In this document: one piece after another, positions 18,985-26,854 of the stretch
Layout of the letters: every line of letters starts with the position of its first letter
Position numbering within the stretch: the stretch's first letter is position 1
NCBI GenBank assembly: GCA_035546175.1
Contig: DASZWW010000039.1
Span: 1-55,868 of the forward strand
DNA from: Polyangia bacterium
GTDB lineage: Bacteria > Myxococcota_A > Polyangia > Fen-1088
Direction of reading: 5' to 3'
DNA: 55,868 bases
Made by a program: the position numbers and the translations under genes
The notes under the pieces: model-generated
Told to the model about the DNA's origin: nothing
Databases searched by the model: none
Seen by the model: the letters and a program-made list of their open reading frames with translations, nothing else

Positions 18985-19644
18985 TTGCCCGCGCCATCAG
19001 GATCGATCGGCTCTCCGCTCGCGGCGCTGCTCGCGCACCGGCTCGTGCCCGTCGTGGCCATCCGCGACGCCGAGGCGGCGACCGGGCTCGCCGAGGCGCT
19101 CGTCGCGGGCGGTCTCCCGCTGATCGAGATCACCCTCCGGACCGAGGCGGCGCCGGAGGCGCTCAAGCGCGCCTCCGCGGTCAAGGGCCTGTCGGTCGCG
19201 GCCGGCACCGTGACGACGCCCGATCAAGTCAAGCTCGCGGTCGACTGCGGCGCGCGCACGATCATCAGCCCGGGTCTGAACACGCGCGTCGTCGAATACT
19301 GCCTCCAGCACGACCTGCCCTGCATCCCCGGCGTCTGCACGCCCACCGAGGTCGAGACGGCGCGCAACTACGGCCTCAAGACGCTGAAGTTCTTCCCTGC
19401 CGAGGCCTACGGCGGCGTCAAGACGCTCAAGGCGTTCGGCGACGTCTTCCGGGACTTCGCCTTCGTCCCCACGGGCGGCGTCAACCTGCAGAACCTCGGC
19501 GACTACCTCAAGCTCCCGATCGTCGCGGCGTGCGGCGGCTCGTGGATGTGCCCTGCCGACGCCATCAACGAGCGCCGCTTCGCCGACATCGAGAGGCTCG
19601 TCCGCGACGCCGTCGCGCTCGTCAAGACCGCTCCCCCTGCGTGA
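18985..19644 (+). CDS. eda: 2-dehydro-3-deoxyphosphogluconate / 4-hydroxy-2-oxoglutarate aldolase
   Basis: LVPVVAIRDAEAATGLAEALVAGGLPLIEITLRT, GAGTVTTPDQ, ISPG, PGVCTPTE and LKFFPAE: the classic KDPG aldolase pattern. Only a TTG start (18985) is available upstream of the conserved core. Confidence 0.85.
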   Translation: MPAPSGSIGSPLAALLAHRLVPVVAIRDAEAATGLAEALVAGGLPLIEITLRTEAAPEALKRASAVKGLSVAAGTVTTPDQVKLAVDCGARTIISPGLNTRVVEYCLQHDLPCIPGVCTPTEVETARNYGLKTLKFFPAEAYGGVKTLKAFGDVFRDFAFVPTGGVNLQNLGDYLKLPIVAACGGSWMCPADAINERRFADIERLVRDAVALVKTAPPA

Positions 19645-19673
19645 GAGCGGGTGCGACGGGGCTCAGACGGTCG

Positions 19674-20000
19674 TCACGAGCTCGAGAGGATGTCGTAGCC
19701 GCGCCACTGGGCCTTCTTCGTGAGGCCCGAGAGCTTCGGCCAGGCGACGTCGTGGTCGGCGCTCTTGGCCCACACACGGCGGCTCGCCTCGGAGTCGAAG
19801 ACGAAGTTGATCTGGTAGTTGATCTCGGTCGGCGTCGCCTCGATCTCGGCGGCCTGGGCAGGCGCGTAGAAGCGGATGAGCTTCACGCTCTGAAACCCCT
19901 TCTGCTTCTTGAGGGCGGGCTCGAAGACCTGCGCGTACGTCTTCTCGAACTCGGCCTTCTTGTCGTCCGCGACCTCAAACAGCAGCTGAAAGAGAATCAT
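19674..20000 (-). CDS. Small ABM/Dabb-like (ferredoxin-fold) protein
   Basis: 108-aa ORF with normal amino-acid composition (MILFQLLFEVADDKKAEFEKTYAQVF...). Size and alternating pattern fit antibiotic-biosynthesis-monooxygenase-like domains. The family call is weak. Confidence 0.5.
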   Translation of the reverse strand: MILFQLLFEVADDKKAEFEKTYAQVFEPALKKQKGFQSVKLIRFYAPAQAAEIEATPTEINYQINFVFDSEASRRVWAKSADHDVAWPKLSGLTKKAQWRGYDILSSS

Positions 20001-21051
20001 TGGCGCCTCCTCGGGGCCCTTCTACCATGCGACGGAGCAATGTCGCTGCCTGGTCGGGCGCGGGGGCGGGGCTGCCGAGGAGGTCGGCGACGAGCTGGCT
20101 CGCGGCCGCGTACGTGAAGCCGTCGCGCTGCCAGGTGCCCTCGAGCGGGAACGGATCGAACGGCTCGACGAGGAGCAGGTTGCCGCTCGCGCCCTCGGGC
20201 GCGGGCTCGGCCCCCAGCAGGCCCGCGACGCGCTCGGCGTTGTCCACGTAAGCGACGACGACGGCCGGCAGCGCGGCGTCGAGGAGGGCGGCGGCGCCCG
20301 CGCGCGCGGTGAGCGCGTAGGGAGCGCCGCACGCGCGCAGCGCCGCCAGGGCGCCGGGGACGCCGTGCGGGTGCGCGAAGGCGAGCGCGCGGTGAGCGCT
20401 GGCGAAATCGTAGTCCTCGGCCCAGCGGCGGACGAGCCGGGCCCGGTGGACGGCCGTGACGGGCCCGTGCGGCTCGCGCTCGACGAGCTCCTCGCGATCG
20501 AAGAGATCGAGCAGGCGCGAGACGTAGCCCGGGTCGGTGCCGGCCGCGGCCGCGAGCCGCCGCACGCCGAACGGCGGCGCGCCGTCGACGAGGGCGCGGA
20601 CGATCCGGCTCGCCTTGGCGGCGTGCAGCGAGCGCGTCTCGCGCGGCGCGGCCCAGGGGCTGCGCTCCTCGCCGCGCATCTGGACGAGGACGGTGGGCCG
20701 GTCGAGCACGAGGCGCATGTTGCCGCAGAGGTCGACGTAGCCCAGGCCCTCCTCGGCCAGGCGCTCGCGCGTCCGCGCCCCGAGGAACGGCGCGATGACG
20801 ACGAACGCGTCGGCCGCCGTCGACTTGAGCGCGGCCGCGACCTGCGGCACGAGCCGCGGGTCGAGCTGCCGGCGCGCGCCGATGGCGAGCGCGGCGGTCG
20901 TCCCCGTGGGGGTCTTGATGACCACCCGCGCGGCGGCCAGGTCGTTCGTCTTCACCGAGACGGTCGTCGTCCAGTGCCCCGGCAGGCAGCGCTGGATCTG
21001 CTCGACCGCCTGGCGCAGGACCACGTTGTCACTGGGCGGGGCGTTGCTCAT
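19975..21051 (-). CDS. Hypothetical protein with central winged-helix-like segment
   Basis: Uses internal ATG 21051 of ORF 19975..21345 (MSNAPPSDNVVLRQAVEQ...). The central RIVRALVDGAPPFGVRRLAAAAGTDPGYVSRLLDLFDREELVER looks like a wHTH. I recognise no catalytic motif. The 3' end overlaps the ABM gene start by 26 nt. Confidence 0.55.
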   Translation of the reverse strand: MSNAPPSDNVVLRQAVEQIQRCLPGHWTTTVSVKTNDLAAARVVIKTPTGTTAALAIGARRQLDPRLVPQVAAALKSTAADAFVVIAPFLGARTRERLAEEGLGYVDLCGNMRLVLDRPTVLVQMRGEERSPWAAPRETRSLHAAKASRIVRALVDGAPPFGVRRLAAAAGTDPGYVSRLLDLFDREELVEREPHGPVTAVHRARLVRRWAEDYDFASAHRALAFAHPHGVPGALAALRACGAPYALTARAGAAALLDAALPAVVVAYVDNAERVAGLLGAEPAPEGASGNLLLVEPFDPFPLEGTWQRDGFTYAAASQLVADLLGSPAPAPDQAATLLRRMVEGPRGGANDSLSAAV

Positions 21052-21343
21052 GTCGGACAACAGCGTCACCCCGGACAACGGAGCGGTCAAAAAAACGCCG
21101 CGCCCGTCCTCGCCGAGCGCTTTTCGCCGCGCCGGACGTCCGAACCGGCCCGGCTGACGCGCCGCCGGCGGATTCCCGGAAAAACCGCGGCCTTGTCGAG
21201 CAATTGCGGCGGCGTCCGCGCAGCGCGTCCGACGCGCGCCGCCGAGGTTAACTCGGCGCCCACGACCACCAGGGATCGTTACAAAGTTCTGGCGCTCGAA
21301 CGGCTGTACACGACTGAAATCAAATGATTCAATCCCGATCGCC

Positions 21344-24055
21344 ATGAATTTGACGCCGTCTCTTAAGCTCGCCTATCGGCAATCTGCGACCCGGCTGGCG
21401 CTCCTCGCCGCGCTCTCCGTCGGAGCGGTCGCGCCGACGGCCCGAGCGGGCGTGACGCAGGCCAACGGCCTGAACGCGCCCATCCTCAACCCCGGCGAGG
21501 ACGCGACCGCGCAGGGGATGTGCTGTCCGACGGGCCGCCACGACTCGCTGCCCCTGCTCTTCTCGTCGCGCGGCGAGACGATCGACTACCTGGCGGACTC
21601 GCACAACACGCCGGCGGCCTTCTCCCCTCGGTGCAACTTCACGGGGACCCTCGTGCTGCACGGCGGGAGCTGCACGATGGACTTCGGCTGGTACAACGTC
21701 GATCCGAACTCGACGACGCCCCCGCCCGACAGCCAGATCTACACGCTCGTGCCGCGCGAGGCGAACCCGTCGTGGTTCCCGCTCATCGGCGACACGAACC
21801 TGTCCACGTTCACGGCGAGCGCGATCTTCTCGGACCCGAACTACAAGGGCGGCCTCATCGGCTTCGCGATCAAGCACGCGAACCAGCAGACGGGGATGTG
21901 GAACTGCGCGCAGACGCACTTCTCGGAGCAGCGCCTCAACCTGCTCTGCGACGACGGCACGGGCCACTGCCCCAACGCGACGGCCGGCCAGCCGGCCCTG
22001 CCCGCGAGCCACTGGACCATGGCGGTGATCTACCAGTCGACGGTCACGCCGAACGCCTACTACATCGGGTTCGAGGACCTGCCCGTCTCGTCGACGTCGT
22101 ACACCACGGCGAGCGGGCCCAACGACGGCGACTTCAACGACGACGTCTACTTCATCACGGGCATCTCCTGTCAGGGCGGCGGCACGACCTGCGACACGGG
22201 CCTCAAGGGCGTGTGCGCGAGCGGCCTCGAGCAGTGCACGAAGACGGGCTCGCTCGTCTGCACGGAGACGACGCCGCCCTCGACCGAGACGTGCGACGGC
22301 CTCGACAACGACTGCAACGGCATCGTCGACGACGGCAACAACCTCTGCCCCTCGGGCCAGGTCTGCGACCGCGGCCACTGCGTCCCGCGCTGCGTCGAGC
22401 AGAGCTGCCCGACCGGGTCGGTCTGCTCGGCCGACGGCGTCTGCAGCGACGCCGCCTGCCAGAGCGTGTCCTGCGCCGCCGGCACGCGCTGCACGGGCGG
22501 CACCTGCGTCGATCCGTGCGACGGCATCACCTGTCCGCACGGCCAGACGTGCCGCGCCGGCGCGTGCGTCGACTCGTGCCTCGGCGTCACGTGCGACACG
22601 GGCTACGTGTGCACGGGCGGCGTCTGCCAGCCGGAGTGCGACTGCGTCCCCTGCGCCGCCGGCCAGACCTGCGGCGCCGACCACCGCTGCATCGCGAGCT
22701 CGTGCGTCGGCGTGACCTGTCCGGGCGACAGCTTCTGCAACAACGGCAGCTGCGTCGCCAAGTGCAACGGCGCCGTGTGCCCCGCGGGCCAGGCCTGCAT
22801 GGCCGGGAGCTGCATCGATCCCTGCGCCGGCGTGAGCTGCACGAGCACGGAGAAGTGCGTGTCCGGCACGTGCGTCGACAAGTGCGCGGGCGTGGCGTGC
22901 GGGACGGGCCAGACCTGCCAGAGCGGCAGCTGCGTCGACACCTGCAGCGTCCTCACCTGCAACGCCGGCGACGTCTGCCGCCAGGGCACGTGCATCGACC
23001 CGTGCGCGGGTGTGACGTGCTCCGCGGGTCAGGTCTGCGGCTCGGGCGTTTGCCAGGACGCCTGCGTGGGCGTGACCTGCCAGGGCGGCACGAAGTGCGT
23101 CGCCGGCACGTGCGTCGACGCGTGCCAGGGCGTCACGTGCGCGCAGGGGCAGACGTGCGTCGGCGGCGTCTGCCAGGACGCTTGCAACGGCGTGAGCTGC
23201 GACGTCGGCAAGAAGTGCGTCGCGGGCCTGTGCGTCGACTCCTGCCAGGGCAAGACCTGCCCCGGCGTCTTCGTCTGCAACCTCGGCGACTGCGTCGATC
23301 CGTGCACGCTCAAGACGTGCGCGACGGGGACCATCTGCCTGGGCGGCCAGTGCATCGACCCGTGCACCAACGTCGTCTGCGGTCCCACGCAGATCTGCCA
23401 GGCGGGCCAGTGCATCACCGATCCCGACGGGGGCGCGGGCGGCTCGACGGGCGGCGGCGGCGCGAGCGGATCCACCGGTGGCGGCGGCAGCACGGGCGGC
23501 GGCGGCAACACGGGCGGCGGGGGCAGCACGGGCGGCGGCGGCAGCACGGGCGGCGGCGGCAGCACAGGCGGCGGAGGCAGCACGGGCGGCGGGGGCAGCA
23601 CGGGCGGCGGGGGCAGCACGGGCGGCGGCGGCTCCGGGACCCCGGGGACGGGCGGCTCCGGTGCCACGGGGACGGGCGGCTCGGGAAGCTCGGGGACGGG
23701 CGGGTCCGGAACCCCGGGGACGGGCGGCTCCGGGAACATGGGCGCCGGGGGGCTCGGGAGCACGGGCGGCGCGGGATCGGACAACACCGGGGTTTCGGGC
23801 AACACCGGAACGGCCGGCTTCGGCAGCACCGGGGCCGCCGGCGGGCTCGGCAGCACGGGCGCCGGGGGCATCGAGGGCGGCGCCGGCACGGGCGGGGTCG
23901 CGAAGGACTACATGGGCAAGGTGATTACCCAGGGCGGATGTGGCTGCGAAGTCGGCAACTCGGGTAAAGTGGAGACGTTCGGGATCTCGATCCTGGGCGC
24001 CGCGCTCGTGCTGGGGCGGCGCCGGGGCTCGCGACGCCGCGGAGACCGTCCATAA
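21344..24055 (+). CDS. Giant Cys-rich surface protein: signal peptide, DUF4114-like domain, Cys repeats, Gly tether, MYXO-CTERM
   Basis: Signal peptide ending in TARA. GDFNDDVYFITG (DUF4114-type). One CDGLDNDCNGIVDDG motif, about 18 four-Cys 20-aa repeats, an STGGGG tandem array, and a C-terminal GGCGCEVG + hydrophobic helix + RRRGSRRR. Confidence 0.85.
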   Translation: MNLTPSLKLAYRQSATRLALLAALSVGAVAPTARAGVTQANGLNAPILNPGEDATAQGMCCPTGRHDSLPLLFSSRGETIDYLADSHNTPAAFSPRCNFTGTLVLHGGSCTMDFGWYNVDPNSTTPPPDSQIYTLVPREANPSWFPLIGDTNLSTFTASAIFSDPNYKGGLIGFAIKHANQQTGMWNCAQTHFSEQRLNLLCDDGTGHCPNATAGQPALPASHWTMAVIYQSTVTPNAYYIGFEDLPVSSTSYTTASGPNDGDFNDDVYFITGISCQGGGTTCDTGLKGVCASGLEQCTKTGSLVCTETTPPSTETCDGLDNDCNGIVDDGNNLCPSGQVCDRGHCVPRCVEQSCPTGSVCSADGVCSDAACQSVSCAAGTRCTGGTCVDPCDGITCPHGQTCRAGACVDSCLGVTCDTGYVCTGGVCQPECDCVPCAAGQTCGADHRCIASSCVGVTCPGDSFCNNGSCVAKCNGAVCPAGQACMAGSCIDPCAGVSCTSTEKCVSGTCVDKCAGVACGTGQTCQSGSCVDTCSVLTCNAGDVCRQGTCIDPCAGVTCSAGQVCGSGVCQDACVGVTCQGGTKCVAGTCVDACQGVTCAQGQTCVGGVCQDACNGVSCDVGKKCVAGLCVDSCQGKTCPGVFVCNLGDCVDPCTLKTCATGTICLGGQCIDPCTNVVCGPTQICQAGQCITDPDGGAGGSTGGGGASGSTGGGGSTGGGGNTGGGGSTGGGGSTGGGGSTGGGGSTGGGGSTGGGGSTGGGGSGTPGTGGSGATGTGGSGSSGTGGSGTPGTGGSGNMGAGGLGSTGGAGSDNTGVSGNTGTAGFGSTGAAGGLGSTGAGGIEGGAGTGGVAKDYMGKVITQGGCGCEVGNSGKVETFGISILGAALVLGRRRGSRRRGDRP
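22346..23425 (+). repeat. About 18 tandem 60-bp (20-aa, four-Cys) coding repeats
   Basis: The unit C-x-G-V-x-C-x-x-G-x-x-C-x-x-G-x-C-[VI]-D-x is read repeatedly (e.g. CAGVSCTSTEKCVSGTCVDK, CAGVACGTGQTCQSGSCVDT, CAGVTCSAGQVCGSGVCQDA). Confidence 0.8.
23444..23632 (+). repeat. About 10 tandem 18-bp repeats (AGCACGGGCGGCGGCGGC) encoding STGGGG
   Basis: Direct reading of 23444-23632. Units differ only by single G/C/A changes (one NTGGGG unit). Followed by a looser GTGGSG-type low-complexity stretch to about 23900. Confidence 0.85.
23933..24052 (+). other. MYXO-CTERM-type C-terminal sorting signal (protein 1)
   Basis: [40 protein letters not shown]: a Gly-Cys-x-Cys motif, a hydrophobic helix and an Arg cluster. 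Confidence 0.75.
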
Positions 24056-26811
24056 TGAACAAACGCCTTCGCTTCGCCCTCGCCTTCTCCTCTGGCTTCA
24101 TGGCGGTGGCCGCGACCGCCGGCCCCGCCGCCGCGCAGTCGCTGCGCCCCAACATCCTCATCCTCTTCGACACGTCCGGCTCGATGCAGCTCGACGCGAC
24201 CGAGACGTGGGCGGGCGAGCGCGTCAACGAGTCGGCCGGCAGCTGCCCCGCCGTGCCCGCCGGAAAGGCGAGCCGTCTCTTCTCGCTCAAGGCCGCGATC
24301 CGTGACGCGCTCGCGCAGGTCGGCACCGACGAGGCGAACTTCGGCCTGATGTCCTTCCCGCAGCTCGTCGATCCGACGCTGACCCAGCCGCCGCCGGCGA
24401 GCGATCCGTCGCGCGGCGCGATGGGCTTCGGTTGCTTCGACTGCACCTCCGAGGGCTGCGGCGTGGGCCCGGTCGGCCACTACTACCTCGACTCGACCGT
24501 CGGCCTCGGCTGCCGCATCTCCACCGATCCCGCGAACACGCTGAACTCGACGGTGACCGAGCCCGCCTACGGGCCCTGGTTCGACTCCGCGATCAGCCAG
24601 GCGCTGCGCGTCGACCTCACGAAGGCGGCGCCCGGCACGAAGCCCGTGGCGACGGACTTCGACCCGCCCGACGCGAACATCGCGCGCATCTACAAGTTCA
24701 TCGACGACACCGAGAACCCTGGTCCCGTCGCGAACGTCGCGGCGCTGACCGATCCCGAGCTCCACGCGAACGGCGCGACGCCGCTCGGGCGCTCGCTGTT
24801 CTACGCGCGCCTCTACTTCGACAACTTCATCAACACGACGGCCGATCCGCGGCGCGCTTGCCGCCAGAACATCGTCATCGTCGTGACGGACGGCAACGAC
24901 ACGTGCGACAACGTCTCGGGCACGGCGCTCAACTACCAGACCTGCGCGCAGACGGGCTTCTCGACGTTCCAGCCCGAGGTGCAGGCCTGCAAGCTCCTGC
25001 GCGGCGCCTCGCAGGTGAAGACCTACGTCATCACCGACCAGAACGTCACGGGCAACCTCAACTCGAACATCGCCATCGCGGGCGGCACGGGCGGCGCCAT
25101 CAAGGTCTCGCTCACCGACACGGCGGCCGTGAAGGCGGCCCTCATCGGCATCATCGCCGCGACGGTGCCGCCCGCCGAGGTCTGCAACGGCAAGGACGAC
25201 AACTGCAACGGCCTCATCGACGAGGGCGTGAGCAACAAGTGCCCCGTCTCGAACGATCCCAACGACCCGGACAACAAGCTGGGCGCGGCGGCCGCTCACT
25301 GCGCCACCGAGTCGTGCAACTGCAAGGACGACAACTGCGACGGCCAGATCGACGAGGGCCTGCCCACCAACGCGTGCGGCGGGCCGTGCGGCTGCGCCGT
25401 GCCGCCCGAGATCTGCGACGGCCTCGACAACAACTGCGACGGCAACGTCGACGAAGGATTCCTCGTGGGCACGGCCTGCACGAACGGCCTGCTGGGCGCG
25501 TGCCGCCGCGGCGGCATCCTCGCCTGCAACGCCGGCGGCACGGGCACGGTCTGCGACGCGCCCGCCGTCGCGCCCACGCAGGAGGTCTGCGACAACATCG
25601 ACAACGACTGCAACGGCCAGAAGGACGACGGCGTGCTGCCCGGCGTGGGCGAGGCGTGCGGCGCGGCGCTCGGCGTCTGCATGGCGGGCGTCACGGCGTG
25701 CGTCAACGGCCACCTCGTCTGCGAGCAGATGAGCATGCCCATGCAGGAGGTCTGCAACGGCAAGGACGACGACTGCGACGGCGTCATCGACAACGGCAAC
25801 CTGCCGGGGACGGGCGAAGACTGCCTCTGCCCGGGCGAGACGCAGGCCCAGGTCGGCGTCGGCGTCTGCAAGGCCGGCAAGACCGTCTGCCGCGGCGGCA
25901 AGATCGTCTGCGACGGCTGCGTCGGCCCGAGCGCCGAGATCTGCGACGGCAAGGACAACGACTGCGACGGCCAGGTCGACACGCAGGCCACCTGCCCCAG
26001 CAACTTCGCGTGCCGCGAGGGCTCGTGCACGCCCGTCTGCAAGCCCGGCGAGTTCCCGTGCCCCGCGGGCTACCAGTGCATCGACACGTTCTGCATCCCG
26101 CAACGCTGCATCAACGTGACCTGCCCCTCGGACCAGAAGTGCGACAACGACACCGGCCTCTGCGTCGACAAGTGCGACAAGGTGACCTGCCTCGCGCCCA
26201 CGCACTGCAAGGCCGGCCTCTGCGTCGACTGCAACTCGCCGGGCGAGGGCTGCGATCCGGGCCAGATGTGCATCGGCGGCGTGTGCCAGTCGGATCCGTG
26301 CGTGGGCGTGAGCTGCGGAAACGGGACCTATTGCTCGGCCGGCAAGTGCGTGGACCTCTGCACGCACATCGATTGCAACGTGGGCGAGAGCTGTATTGCC
26401 GGCCAGTGCGTCTCTGATCCGTGTGCCAACAAGGCGTGCTTGCAGAACCAGTTCTGCGACATGGCCACCGGCGAGTGCAAGATGGACACCTGCCAGGCCA
26501 TCCAGTGCCCGGGCGGCCAGCGCTGCATCCAGAGCACGGGCCAGTGCGCGGCCGATCCGTGCGCCTTCGTGCAGTGCCCGCAGCCCTGCTACGCCTGCGA
26601 CGTCACGAGCGGCGGGACGCCGACGTGCAAGTTCCTCGACGACGGCGCGCACCCGCAGTGCGCGCTCGTTCACGTGACGACGGGGCAGAAGGGGGGAGGG
26701 TGCTCGTGCGCCGTGGGCCCGGGCACGGACTCGTCGAGCCTCGCCCTCGCCGTCGCCGCGCTCGGCATCGTCATGACGTTGCGTCCGCGCCGCCGCCGCC
26801 GGACCTCCTGA
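24055..26811 (+). CDS. Giant Cys-rich surface protein: signal peptide, vWA domain, six Cys/Asp metal-binding-type motifs, Cys repeats, MYXO-CTERM
   Basis: ATG 24055 overlaps the upstream stop (TAATG). Signal peptide ending in AAAQ. vWA MIDAS residues LILFDTSGSM and VIVVTDGNDTC. Six CxGxDDxCxGxxD motifs, about 10 four-Cys repeats, and a C-terminal GGGCSCAVG + helix + RPRRRRR. Confidence 0.85.
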   Translation: MNKRLRFALAFSSGFMAVAATAGPAAAQSLRPNILILFDTSGSMQLDATETWAGERVNESAGSCPAVPAGKASRLFSLKAAIRDALAQVGTDEANFGLMSFPQLVDPTLTQPPPASDPSRGAMGFGCFDCTSEGCGVGPVGHYYLDSTVGLGCRISTDPANTLNSTVTEPAYGPWFDSAISQALRVDLTKAAPGTKPVATDFDPPDANIARIYKFIDDTENPGPVANVAALTDPELHANGATPLGRSLFYARLYFDNFINTTADPRRACRQNIVIVVTDGNDTCDNVSGTALNYQTCAQTGFSTFQPEVQACKLLRGASQVKTYVITDQNVTGNLNSNIAIAGGTGGAIKVSLTDTAAVKAALIGIIAATVPPAEVCNGKDDNCNGLIDEGVSNKCPVSNDPNDPDNKLGAAAAHCATESCNCKDDNCDGQIDEGLPTNACGGPCGCAVPPEICDGLDNNCDGNVDEGFLVGTACTNGLLGACRRGGILACNAGGTGTVCDAPAVAPTQEVCDNIDNDCNGQKDDGVLPGVGEACGAALGVCMAGVTACVNGHLVCEQMSMPMQEVCNGKDDDCDGVIDNGNLPGTGEDCLCPGETQAQVGVGVCKAGKTVCRGGKIVCDGCVGPSAEICDGKDNDCDGQVDTQATCPSNFACREGSCTPVCKPGEFPCPAGYQCIDTFCIPQRCINVTCPSDQKCDNDTGLCVDKCDKVTCLAPTHCKAGLCVDCNSPGEGCDPGQMCIGGVCQSDPCVGVSCGNGTYCSAGKCVDLCTHIDCNVGESCIAGQCVSDPCANKACLQNQFCDMATGECKMDTCQAIQCPGGQRCIQSTGQCAADPCAFVQCPQPCYACDVTSGGTPTCKFLDDGAHPQCALVHVTTGQKGGGCSCAVGPGTDSSSLALAVAALGIVMTLRPRRRRRTS
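25183..25992 (+). repeat. Six copies of a C-x-G-x-D-[DN]-[DN]-C-[DN]-G-x-[IVK]-D motif (MopE-like putative metal-binding motif)
   Basis: CNGKDDNCNGLIDEG, CNCKDDNCDGQIDEG, CDGLDNNCDGNVDEG, CDNIDNDCNGQKDDG, CNGKDDDCDGVIDNG and CDGKDNDCDGQVDTQ. Confidence 0.7.
25993..26628 (+). repeat. About 10 degenerate four-Cys repeats related to those of the upstream gene
   Basis: CVGVSCGNGTYCSAGKCVDL, CTHIDCNVGESCIAGQCVSDP, CQAIQCPGGQRCIQSTGQCAADP and others. Confidence 0.7.
26692..26808 (+). other. MYXO-CTERM-type C-terminal sorting signal (protein 2)
   Basis: GGGCSCAVGPGTDSSSLALAVAALGIVMTLRPRRRRRTS. Confidence 0.75.
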
Positions 26812-26854
26812 GGCGCGGCAGGTCCGCCCTTCTGATGGTAAGTTGAAGGGGCCC

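Noticed and set aside
23426-23900. Could the regular G-rich short repeats be a CRISPR array or another non-coding repeat locus?
   Set aside because: The units are 18 bp and contiguous without spacers. They sit in frame inside a long ORF with a signal peptide upstream and a sorting signal downstream. No cas genes are present.
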